From Oligoflexia bacterium (lineage in GTDB: Bacteria; Bdellovibrionota; UBA1018): DNA of 57,277 nt. Positions 9,677 to 18,782 of this stretch are shown here, piece after piece. Position 1 is the stretch's first letter, and every line of letters starts with the position of its first letter. Where the stretch lies: positions 1 to 57,277 of the forward strand of contig CAIRTR010000045.1 of NCBI GenBank assembly GCA_903881565.1, written 5' to 3'. A model generated the notes under the pieces. The model did no database searches and was not told the DNA's origin. It saw nothing but the letters and a program-made list of their open reading frames with translations. The position numbers and the translations under genes were made by a program.

Positions 9677-10219
9677 TTACCTCTCATCAGCTGGACGAAA
9701 TATTTCGTGAAACTTCACAGGCTTCATGTCAGCCTCGTTTGACCTTAGATTTGCTTTGTATACAGCAAAATCATTTATTCGAATTCGTTCGGCAAGCGCG
9801 TAAAGCTCCCAAGGCACATAGGAACGCCCCTTTTCGCGAGCCATCCACTGATCATCAGCATCCAATTCGTCATAGAGCACTCCTGCCACTAACTGCATCA
9901 AAACGGTTGTCTCAACAGTGGATCGCGGAATATACGTCGGGAACATCCCTTTGAGCAAATTACTGAAGAGCGGCCAGGATCTCATCGTAACAGCTGCGGA
10001 ACGGGCAAGCGTCGCGGCAAGGTGTTTTCTGAAAACATAATCCTTCCCATTCATCCAATCATAAATTTTTGTCAAAACCGCATCCTTGATTCGCGTTACT
10101 CGCATTCTACTGTTGAGCTCCGGCCCCCCCTCTGCGATTCGAAAAGGCGCTTCAGTTTCTTCTGAGATCTTTTTCGAAAATCCAATCGCTGCGAGTGCTT
10201 CTCCCAAAATCTCTGCCAT
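9677..10219 (-). CDS. Hypothetical protein, possibly 5'-truncated
   Basis: 180-aa ORF; frame stays open only about 8 codons upstream of the ATG. Confidence 0.45.
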   Translation of the reverse strand: MAEILGEALAAIGFSKKISEETEAPFRIAEGGPELNSRMRVTRIKDAVLTKIYDWMNGKDYVFRKHLAATLARSAAVTMRSWPLFSNLLKGMFPTYIPRSTVETTVLMQLVAGVLYDELDADDQWMAREKGRSYVPWELYALAERIRINDFAVYKANLRSNEADMKPVKFHEIFRPADER

Positions 10220-10391
10220 CTTCGCCAGCGTCTCCTGATCAAAGAGCTACCTCAATGGAGCTCCCATCTATCCGAATCCTCGTGATGCGGTTTATATGAT
10301 TCAATCAGAACTCGAAGAACTCGCAGGTTCATTGAATAGCTGTTACGGAGATCGCTACTAAGAAGCGCGATCCTCACAAACTGCATACGAC

Positions 10392-10433
10392 AAGGCGGGA
10401 TGCCCAGATCAAGGGGTCCCGCCTTTTTGTTTT
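10392..10433 (+). terminator. Rho-independent terminator
   Basis: AAGGCGGGA...TCCCGCCTT stem followed by TTTGTTTT. Confidence 0.7.
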
Positions 10434-10643
10434 AGCCGCAGCACTTCTTGAACTTCTTGCCCGAGCCAAAAGTGCACGGTTCATTACCTTTAATATATAA
10501 ATTACAATAATTTCAGGTACATAAAAATAACGCAGACACTCCTGTCGCGATACAGGTTCTCAAGAGCCATGAATTCGTCACATTACAATCATTCCAATTT
10601 TATCCCATGGACGGACATAATAAGAACGATTATAATTAGACTC

Positions 10644-11843
10644 ATGCCCCACGTGAGAAACCGCATCGCCATCAAAAGACTAGAAAAGAAACTGAAATTT
10701 TCTCGAGTCGTGAGCATTCAAGGCGCCCGCCAGACCGGAAAGAGTGTCCTTGCGCGAAACCTCTTTACGAATGGCTACTACGTAACCTTCGATAAGGCCC
10801 AAGAGAGAGACGACGCTTCAGACCGAATCGGCACTTATCTTGAGGAACTTCGCTTACGAGCAGGCGATAAAACCATTGTCATCGATGAAGCACAAAAAGT
10901 TCCTGCACTCTTTGACCAAATCAAATCAATCGTCGATGAAAACCAAAAACCCGGCCAGTTTTTGTTACTGGGCTCAACCGAATTCTCAATCGAAGCACAA
11001 ATCAACGAGAGCTTAACGGGCAGAATTTCTAGAACAAAACTTTTCCCACTCCTTTTATCTGAAACTGTTGATAACCCAAAAGTAGTTAATAGCGAATTTG
11101 AAATTTCGAAGCTTTCCCAACTCCGTGAATCCCCATACACCCGCGGCGATCTCGTACGGTTTCTAGAAAATGGCGGTTTTCCAGCAATATTCTCGATTCG
11201 AGATTCGCACGAACGAATGCAACGCCTTGATGAATGGGTACGCCTGACCTGCGAACGTGACGTTCTTCAGCTTAAGAAAATGAAACCAGATCCAGAGCTT
11301 TGCCTGCGAATTCTACAAATCCTGCCCAAACTTGAAGAACCCTCCGCTCCCTCCCTAGCCCATCACCTCAAGCGCAGCACCAAACGAATCGCAACTCAGC
11401 TCAAAGCACTTTTACAGATCTTCGCTATTCATCGCATTGACCCGCACCCATTGGGAACGGGGAAACCCCTCTATTTCTTAATCGACCCGGGTCTTGTGGG
11501 TTTTATGGGAGGCCCTTTTGGCGCTCGCCTTGAATCTGCCTTGATCACCGAGTTTTTGGCCAAGCAAAGCTATCAAGCCCTCGCCCAAGTTCGCTTCTCT
11601 TATTACCGCACGACAAAAGGCGCTCGAATTCCGCTATTGATTGAAACGCCTGATGGGAAAATCATCGCTCTTAAATGGGTCAGCGCAGAGCGCCTGGACC
11701 GTAGAGAACTTGCGATCATGCATAGCTTTTCAAAAAAAGCGAAACGTGAAAAATTCGAAGTGGAATCCGTGATCCTCTGCGGAGTCTCTCGTCGCAGCAC
11801 CGCGGATCAGGTCACGATTTTGCCTTGGGAATTTGTTTTTTGA
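10644..11843 (+). CDS. AAA_14 ATPase with DUF4143 C-terminal domain
   Basis: GARQTGKS, IDEAQK, FLLLGS, ESLTGR, GGFP, LYFLIDPG. Start reassigned to ATG 10644, 7 nt after TGGACG-N17-TATAAT. Confidence 0.85.
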   Translation: MPHVRNRIAIKRLEKKLKFSRVVSIQGARQTGKSVLARNLFTNGYYVTFDKAQERDDASDRIGTYLEELRLRAGDKTIVIDEAQKVPALFDQIKSIVDENQKPGQFLLLGSTEFSIEAQINESLTGRISRTKLFPLLLSETVDNPKVVNSEFEISKLSQLRESPYTRGDLVRFLENGGFPAIFSIRDSHERMQRLDEWVRLTCERDVLQLKKMKPDPELCLRILQILPKLEEPSAPSLAHHLKRSTKRIATQLKALLQIFAIHRIDPHPLGTGKPLYFLIDPGLVGFMGGPFGARLESALITEFLAKQSYQALAQVRFSYYRTTKGARIPLLIETPDGKIIALKWVSAERLDRRELAIMHSFSKKAKREKFEVESVILCGVSRRSTADQVTILPWEFVF

Positions 11844-12202
11844 ACAAGAGCGATTCACGTGCCCTCAGAGAAGGGGTTCGCAACAGTTTTTCGCAGAAAC
11901 AGTGAAAATTGACGAAACAAATGTTTCGCGAAACAATTGTGATAACATTTCGTAGTTATGGTGATTTTTATCAATCCAGACATTCTGTATCCTTCGAATG
12001 TGAGGCAAATCTGTTACTCCACTTCTCTCGTATTAGACCCTTCCCCTGGTAACTTCCGAAATCGCGAAGTCTCAGGGCTTAGGGTGGGCCCCTGGGGGCC
12101 CGGACTTCACTATTTCGGAAATTCGGCGCGCAAGGCCATTGAAAAGCACCCCCCCCTCCCTCCTTGACTTTTATAATACAGTGCGTTAAAACCCCTCTCA
12201 GC

Positions 12203-12697
12203 ATGAGCTCCAAGCCCCGCCTTATTCAGGCCCTCACCCTTACCTGCCTCTTAGCCTTCACAAGCACCACAGGCCTCGTTCCCACTGCCCGAGCAAATGC
12301 CCCAGCAACAATCGCATCCCAGATCCCCGCCCTACGCGCGCAAATTTCCGGCCAGCGCGAGCAACTTGAAACGATTGAATCCGCCATCACTCACGCACGC
12401 TGGACCAAAAATACTCTTTTGGGTTTTTCGATTGTCATTGGGTCTGTGTTCATCTTAAGAAGCGGAATTGATTTCTTAGGCGGCACCATCGCAGACGCCT
12501 ACGGCTACACCACAAAATCAGCACTTCTGTCGTCCTTTATCACTCAGGGAATTTTAGTCTCCGGAAGCTCCGCCGGAGCCGCTTACTATTTTCAACTCCA
12601 AGACGAGCGCGAACAACAAACACTTCTACGAGAAATTTCGCGACTCCAAGACGAACTCAATCTCGAGGAGCAGGCACTGAATGTCTTGAGCGAGTAG
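12203..12697 (+). CDS. Hypothetical exported/membrane protein with coiled coils
   Basis: Signal peptide (ARA), two hydrophobic segments flanked by coiled coils. Confidence 0.6.
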   Translation: MSSKPRLIQALTLTCLLAFTSTTGLVPTARANAPATIASQIPALRAQISGQREQLETIESAITHARWTKNTLLGFSIVIGSVFILRSGIDFLGGTIADAYGYTTKSALLSSFITQGILVSGSSAGAAYYFQLQDEREQQTLLREISRLQDELNLEEQALNVLSE

Positions 12698-12708
12698 CTT
12701 ACGCGCCC

Positions 12709-14409
12709 TCATTCTATAACGACGCCCATTCCTTCAGAACGCGACTCAGCCGCCGCTTGCCACGCATCACGCACACCATCGCCACGAAAAAGAACTTGCG
12801 CCGTCGTGCGAATCGGAACGGTTGTAACCTCAAGCGATAGCTTCTTAAGAGCGCCAATCATCCCCTCGCCAAACGCAGCCTCCACCTCAAGAACTTCACG
12901 CCCGCCTTCCGACGCGATGATCGCCGGATGAATCCGTGGAAACGCACTCGCCGCCTGCGCATTCATCCCGTATATAAACAAATTCTCTAAAATCTGCACC
13001 AGCGTCGTCGGAATCCTCGATCCACCCGCACACCCCAACACGCCCACCAGGCGCTTGCCTTTATACACCAACAAAGGACTCATGTTACTTCGAGGCCTTT
13101 TTCCGGCTGCGGGCGCATTGATATTTTCAGGATCCGCCGAAAAATCGGACAATTCATTATTTAGCAAAAAACCAAACCCCGGAACAACAAGCCCCGAACC
13201 AAAATGTTGCTCAATGGTCGTCGTATAAGAAACCGCCATACCGTGATCATCCACCACGCTCAAATGCGCCGTATGCCCGGTCTTTTCAAGCGCACCATTA
13301 GATAAACGAGACACCCCCGCCACGGCCGAGGATTTAATCCGCTCGTCAATTCGACGCGTAATCTCCGTCCAAGCCGATTTTTCGGCTGCAGACCAAAAAA
13401 AATCAAAACTCCCCACCACGCCATCCGCGATTTTCTGATCCCTTAAACCCTGGTAATATCGAATCGCCTCAGCACTCACCACCACGCGCTCAACCGAATC
13501 GGCTGCAGGCACGGGATGCTGGCGATAATACTGCTCCAAGAATCGCAGCGCCCCCGCCACCAGAAAACTTCCGCCACTGGGAGCATCAAGCGTATAGAAG
13601 CGATGTCCAAACACCTCAAATTCAACCGACTTTTTGGTACGTACGCGATACGCGCGCAGGTCTTCTTTAACTAATTTCACACCCAAGCCTTGCGCACTGG
13701 CGAGCCACTTCTCCGCTAAAGCGCCTTCATAAAACGCGCTCCCACCTTTTTGTGAAATCTCGCTCAACGTCTGAGCAAGCTCAGGCTGCTTAAGCAACCT
13801 GCCCATTTTCAAAGGCCCGCCGTGCCCATCTCCAAACACGCGCGCTGTTTCTGGAAACGTCGAGATCCTCGCCCACTCATCTTTCAAAACCAGCTCGAAG
13901 TTACTTGAAATCGGAAACCCTTGCCGCGCCAGCTCCAGAGCGGGCTTCAATACACGCGCCCACTTAAGTTTTCCGTATTTTTTATGGGCCTCAAAAAGTC
14001 CCGCCACCGTGCCGGGAACCCCAACCGGATTTGCTCCCGTCATTCGCTCAGCAGATGGAATCGATTTTCCGTCAGTCCCCAGAAACATCGCCTTATGGGC
14101 CGAAGCGGGCGCCTGCTCGCGATGCTCCAGCACGACCGGCGAGACACTAGAGTCCAAAGCGGGCCCCGGAGGCGCCACCAAAAAGAAGCCCCCGCCCCCA
14201 ATTCCCATATTATAAGGTTGGGTCACATTTAGCGCAAAACTTGCGGCCACCATCGCATCCACCGCGTTGCCCCCCACGCGCAAAATCTCAATAGCGGCTT
14301 GAGTCGCCTGGGGTGTCCCACTCACCACGGCAAATGGAAAAGCCCGGGAGGAACATAAAATCAACAAAAATGTCATCAAAAAAACCCGTCTTTTGAATTG
14401 AATAAGCAT
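12709..14409 (-). CDS. ggt: Gamma-glutamyltransferase
   Basis: GGNAVDA, GIGGGGF, REQAP, GVPGTVAG, catalytic Thr in TAHLSVVD, GKRPRSNMSP. Confidence 0.92.
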   Translation of the reverse strand: MLIQFKRRVFLMTFLLILCSSRAFPFAVVSGTPQATQAAIEILRVGGNAVDAMVAASFALNVTQPYNMGIGGGGFFLVAPPGPALDSSVSPVVLEHREQAPASAHKAMFLGTDGKSIPSAERMTGANPVGVPGTVAGLFEAHKKYGKLKWARVLKPALELARQGFPISSNFELVLKDEWARISTFPETARVFGDGHGGPLKMGRLLKQPELAQTLSEISQKGGSAFYEGALAEKWLASAQGLGVKLVKEDLRAYRVRTKKSVEFEVFGHRFYTLDAPSGGSFLVAGALRFLEQYYRQHPVPAADSVERVVVSAEAIRYYQGLRDQKIADGVVGSFDFFWSAAEKSAWTEITRRIDERIKSSAVAGVSRLSNGALEKTGHTAHLSVVDDHGMAVSYTTTIEQHFGSGLVVPGFGFLLNNELSDFSADPENINAPAAGKRPRSNMSPLLVYKGKRLVGVLGCAGGSRIPTTLVQILENLFIYGMNAQAASAFPRIHPAIIASEGGREVLEVEAAFGEGMIGALKKLSLEVTTVPIRTTAQVLFRGDGVRDAWQAAAESRSEGMGVVIE

Positions 14410-14509
14410 ACCCCAAAGCCTACCGCAGTTTTGGCCACTTTGCTTGCATTCCCCTTTAGGTGTGCTAATCCATTAATAAGATATAGGTGGAGAAAGCAGG
14501 AACAGAAGT

Positions 14510-15001
14510 ATGGCAGAAGAACAAGTTTCAGACAAAATCCCCATGACCGTTCTCGGTAAGCGTCTCTTAGACGAAGAGCTCAAAAGACTCATGACCGTGG
14601 ACCGTCCCTCTGTCATTAAGGCGATCGAAATTGCCCGAGGCCACGGAGACCTTAAAGAGAACGCCGATTATTCAGCGGCTAAAGAGCGCCAAGGTTTTAT
14701 TGAAGGCCGCATCCAAGACATCAATGGAAAAATGGCTCGCGCCAAGGTGATCGACACCTCCACCATTCGCTCCACCCGAGTCGTCTTTGGTGCCATCGTA
14801 GAGCTTTCCGAAGAAGAGTCAGGGAAAAAAATCACTTATCAAATTGTAGGGGTCGACGAAGCTGATATCAAAATCGGCAAAGTCGGAATCACCTCCCCCA
14901 TCGCACGCGCCCTCATTGGCAAAGAAGCCGGAGACGAGGTAGTAGTCCATGCCCCCAAAGGCGAAATCCGATACGAAGTCCTCGACATCCGCTACGAATA
15001 G
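14510..15001 (+). CDS. greA: Transcription elongation factor GreA
   Basis: ARGHGDLKENADYSAAKERQ, SPIARALIGK. Confidence 0.97.
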   Translation: MAEEQVSDKIPMTVLGKRLLDEELKRLMTVDRPSVIKAIEIARGHGDLKENADYSAAKERQGFIEGRIQDINGKMARAKVIDTSTIRSTRVVFGAIVELSEEESGKKITYQIVGVDEADIKIGKVGITSPIARALIGKEAGDEVVVHAPKGEIRYEVLDIRYE

Positions 15002-17180
15002 TTCCGAAACCCCGGTACAGTTCGTCAAGGGGGTCGGACCTAGACTGGGCGCGATTTTCAAAAGCCGCGGAATCGAAACCGTTCGCGACCTGCTGTTTTT
15101 CTTCCCTCGCGCGTATGAGGATCGGACCCGTTTTGCCGCCATTCGAGACCTTCAAGAAGGAGTTCAAGCGACGACCGCGGTTCGCGTGATCGGGGTGAAT
15201 AAGATTCCCCTTCGTGCCAGTGGCCGATCCATTTTAGAAGTACGTTGCACGGACGAAACCGGGATTTTGTCGCTCAAATGGTTTCACGCCCCTCGAGGCA
15301 TCGAAAACCGTTTCAAAGCCGGAACGCAAATCATCGTCACAGGGACCGTAAAAATATTTCGGGGAAAACCCGAGATCGCGCACCCGGAGATCACCTGGGG
15401 CTTGAGCACCTCTACTGACACCACCACCCCTGACGAATCGGCGTCCTCGATGCCCCACGTCGGGCGCATCGTTCCTGTTTATACCGAGATTGAAGGAGTG
15501 CCCAGCCGGCTGCTTCGAAAAATTCTGTGGGAAGCGCTTCAGAAATTTCTAACTACCCTTGAAGAAGATCTCCCCACTTCACTACGAGAGGCCCACGGCC
15601 TGCCGTCCTTGCAAAGTGCGATTCGCGCGATTCATTTTCCCGAAGAAGGTGGAGACAAGCCTGAAACCATTGCCGCTCTCGTGGCCTTCAACAGCCCCTC
15701 ACACTGGCGACTGATTTACGAAGAATTTTTCAAGTTCGAATACCTCGTCCTGCGCCAACGCCTACGCATGGAAAAAGAACACGCCCGCGTTTGGGGAAAA
15801 AACGGGGGCGCAGCCGCAACTCTTGACCTCACTCAAAAGCTGCCCTTTGCGCTGACCAAAGGCCAAAACACCTGCGTTCGCGAGATTCTAGAAGACCTTG
15901 AAAAACCTCACCCCATGAATCGCCTCATCCAAGGCGACGTGGGCTCAGGCAAAACGGCGGTCGTGTTTCTCTGCGCAGCGGCCGTAATCGCCGAAGGCGG
16001 ACAAGCCACGCTCATGGCGCCCACCGAGATTTTAGCCGAGCAACATTATATCAACGCCGGAAAACTTTTCGACGGCAAGCTCAATGTCGCACTCCTAACC
16101 GGAAAATCCACAACCGCAGAGCGCAACGCACTTTTTGATCGCCTCGCACGTGGAGAACCTCTGCTCCTTATCGGGACCCATGCCCTGATTGAAGACCCCG
16201 TCGTGTTCAAGAATTTGAGTTTTGTCATTATCGACGAGCAACACCGATTTGGCGTCGAACAACGAAGGATTCTGAGGCAAAAGGGATTCCGTGTTGACCC
16301 TGAGACGGGACTAAAACAGTTTCCCCATTCGTTATCGCTTTCGGCCACCCCGATTCCCCGCACCTTGGCGCTCACCGTTTATGGGGACCTCACCGTCAGC
16401 AGCATTCGAGAAATGCCCCCGGGCCGCTCGCCGGTAATCACCAAAGTCGTGCGTGAGAAAAAGGATCGCACCGACGTCTATGAGCATATTCGCGCACAAC
16501 TTCAAACAGGGCGGCAAGCCTATTTTATCTTTCCCCTGATTCACGAAAGCGAAGCCGAAGGATTCACCCAGCTCAAGGCCGCAGCGGTTGAAGCTGAACG
16601 CATCGGGCGCGAAATATTCCCTGAATACAAAATCGGACTCCTGCACGGTCAACAGAAGAATGAAGAGAAGGCCGCCATCATGGCGCGCTTCAAGAAAAAC
16701 GAATTGCAGATTTTGGTTTCGACAACCGTGGTTGAAGTGGGGGTCGACGTACCCAATGCCACGATAATCGCAATTGAACATGCCGAGCGCTTTGGCCTCT
16801 CCCAACTCCATCAACTTCGGGGACGAGTGGGTCGAGGTCAGCATCAGTCTTTTTGTTATCTTTTTGCCGCCACTCGCACAACCGAAGCGACCGCTTCGCG
16901 ATTGGAAGTGCTTGAAGAGACCCATGATGGTTTCCGTATTGCTGAAGCGGATTTAGAGATCCGGGGTCCGGGCGCGTTCTTGGGAACCCGCCAAGCGGGC
17001 AGCCTTCCCTTTTTCATGGCTGACGTGGTTCGCGACAAAGAATGGCTATTTAAATCCCGCGACGACGCCGTAAAAATGCTGAAAGAAGATCCCTCGCTGG
17101 AGAGGCCTGAGCACGCCCCCCTGAAACGGTACTTCGATACCGATGGGGGAAAACAGTTCGCATGGCTCAAGACTTCATGA
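14949..17180 (+). CDS. recG: ATP-dependent DNA helicase RecG
   Basis: KGVGP, PRAYEDR, QGDVGSGKT, DEQHRFG, SATPIPRTL, QLHQLRGRVGRG, DLEIRGPG. Confidence 0.97.
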   Translation: MPPKAKSDTKSSTSATNSSETPVQFVKGVGPRLGAIFKSRGIETVRDLLFFFPRAYEDRTRFAAIRDLQEGVQATTAVRVIGVNKIPLRASGRSILEVRCTDETGILSLKWFHAPRGIENRFKAGTQIIVTGTVKIFRGKPEIAHPEITWGLSTSTDTTTPDESASSMPHVGRIVPVYTEIEGVPSRLLRKILWEALQKFLTTLEEDLPTSLREAHGLPSLQSAIRAIHFPEEGGDKPETIAALVAFNSPSHWRLIYEEFFKFEYLVLRQRLRMEKEHARVWGKNGGAAATLDLTQKLPFALTKGQNTCVREILEDLEKPHPMNRLIQGDVGSGKTAVVFLCAAAVIAEGGQATLMAPTEILAEQHYINAGKLFDGKLNVALLTGKSTTAERNALFDRLARGEPLLLIGTHALIEDPVVFKNLSFVIIDEQHRFGVEQRRILRQKGFRVDPETGLKQFPHSLSLSATPIPRTLALTVYGDLTVSSIREMPPGRSPVITKVVREKKDRTDVYEHIRAQLQTGRQAYFIFPLIHESEAEGFTQLKAAAVEAERIGREIFPEYKIGLLHGQQKNEEKAAIMARFKKNELQILVSTTVVEVGVDVPNATIIAIEHAERFGLSQLHQLRGRVGRGQHQSFCYLFAATRTTEATASRLEVLEETHDGFRIAEADLEIRGPGAFLGTRQAGSLPFFMADVVRDKEWLFKSRDDAVKMLKEDPSLERPEHAPLKRYFDTDGGKQFAWLKTS

Positions 17181-17277
17181 CGAAGTCTTAATAATTGTAA
17201 AAATATATATTAATATCATATATTTAACCGTATTACGCCATATTGACGCGGCGCAACAAAACCGGTAGACTTTAGCT

Positions 17278-17700
17278 ATGGAAACACCAAGGCAGCCACG
17301 GCTGGTTGGCATATTTGTTCGAGCCAAGCGAGAACTCCAAGGACTCTCCCAAAAAGCGCTGGGGATGAAGTTCGTGCCCCCCGTAACTACTCAGTTTATT
17401 TCAAACGTCGAACGAGGGGTCACCCCGCTGCCTCCTGCCCATGTTCCGACGATCGCGAAGGCCCTAGGGGTGGAAGACGTTGAAATCTTTAACCTTCTTG
17501 AGCAAGAATTCTCCCAGAAGCTTTCGGGTCGTTTCGGAAAGGGCTCTCCAGCCCGCGCTGCTCTCTGCAGCCACTGCTCGCTGGCAAAATCCCTTATCGA
17601 AGCCTACAAAAAGGCGGACTCCACCGCCCGTGCTCGCTTTGCCGAAGCCTGCAAGAACGTCCTAAACGTCGTCTTTAAACCCGAAACCCCCGAATCCTAA
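17278..17700 (+). CDS. XRE-family helix-turn-helix regulator
   Basis: KRELQGLSQKALG...QFISNVERG HTH_3 pattern; TTGACG-N17-TAGACT promoter 6 nt upstream of ATG. Confidence 0.8.
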   Translation: METPRQPRLVGIFVRAKRELQGLSQKALGMKFVPPVTTQFISNVERGVTPLPPAHVPTIAKALGVEDVEIFNLLEQEFSQKLSGRFGKGSPARAALCSHCSLAKSLIEAYKKADSTARARFAEACKNVLNVVFKPETPES

Positions 17701-17753
17701 GATGCGCAAAGCGCGTAGCGAATTTTTAAGAGTTCCCCTATAATAGATAAATC

Positions 17754-18782
17754 ATGCCCCCAGACGAACCCTCAGAACCAAGACCTAAAGGCAGCCGCAA
17801 GAAATCCCGTCTCGAAGAGAATACCGACGAGCTACGCCCCCCCGTCACTCACGGCTATGTGAAAAGCTTTGATGGAACCAAACTCTTTTACAGCATCGAA
17901 GGAAAAGGCCCTCCGCTGATCTTCTGTTATGGCCTCATTTGCTCAAGCCTGCACTGGACCTATCAGATTGAGCACTTTCGAAAAAACTATCGTACGATCT
18001 GGTTTGATTATCGCGGCCATCATAATTCAGAGACCCCCAAGAATTTTGCCAGCCTCACCCTTGAGAACATCTCCAGAGACGTGGGCGTGCTCATGGATGA
18101 ACTCGAGATCAAAGAGTCCATTTTATTAGGCCACAGCATGGGCGTAAACGTTGTGCTCGAATTCTATCGCCAGCAACCCAAGAGAGTCCTGGGAATGGTC
18201 CTTGCGAACGGCACGGCCAAAAAACCCCTTGAAACTCTTTTCAGGCATAACGCATTGGAAACGGGATTTGAGCTGATGAGACGGCTGCACAAGATTTCAC
18301 CGGCCCTGGTTTCCAAAATTTGGAAGTTTCAAAAGCAAAACCCCATCTCGCGAACGATGGTCTCTTTGGGCGGGTTCAATCCTCATCTGACGCCGAAAGC
18401 GGATATTGATCTTTACGTCGATCAAGTGGCCGATACCGATCCTGCAATTTTGCTTCAATTGATCAATAGCTACGATCACTACGATGCCACCGCCTGGCTT
18501 CACACGATTCAGGTGCCCACGCTTGTGATCGCGGGAGAGCAAGACAATATCATTCCGCTCGAACAGCAAGAGCTGATGCACCAGCTTATTCCGGATTGTC
18601 GCCTCGAAGTGATTCGCCACGGGAGCCACTGCCCGCAAATGGACTTACCGGATCTGGTGAATGCAAAAATTGATCGCTTCTTGGGAGACCTCAATTACGA
18701 GTCAAAACCCAATCTGTCGAAGGAAAGCGCCAGTCAATCCACTGGGAAGCGTCAATCCCCTGATCCTGCAAGAATCTCCTAA
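17754..18782 (+). CDS. Alpha/beta hydrolase
   Basis: DYRGH, GHSMG nucleophile elbow, GEQD, GSH catalytic His. Confidence 0.9.
   Translation: MPPDEPSEPRPKGSRKKSRLEENTDELRPPVTHGYVKSFDGTKLFYSIEGKGPPLIFCYGLICSSLHWTYQIEHFRKNYRTIWFDYRGHHNSETPKNFASLTLENISRDVGVLMDELEIKESILLGHSMGVNVVLEFYRQQPKRVLGMVLANGTAKKPLETLFRHNALETGFELMRRLHKISPALVSKIWKFQKQNPISRTMVSLGGFNPHLTPKADIDLYVDQVADTDPAILLQLINSYDHYDATAWLHTIQVPTLVIAGEQDNIIPLEQQELMHQLIPDCRLEVIRHGSHCPQMDLPDLVNAKIDRFLGDLNYESKPNLSKESASQSTGKRQSPDPARIS

Noticed and set aside
11922-11935. Chromosomal parS site
   Set aside because: TGTTTCGCGAAACA is 14 bp, two short of the 16-bp TGTTTCACGTGAAACA consensus.
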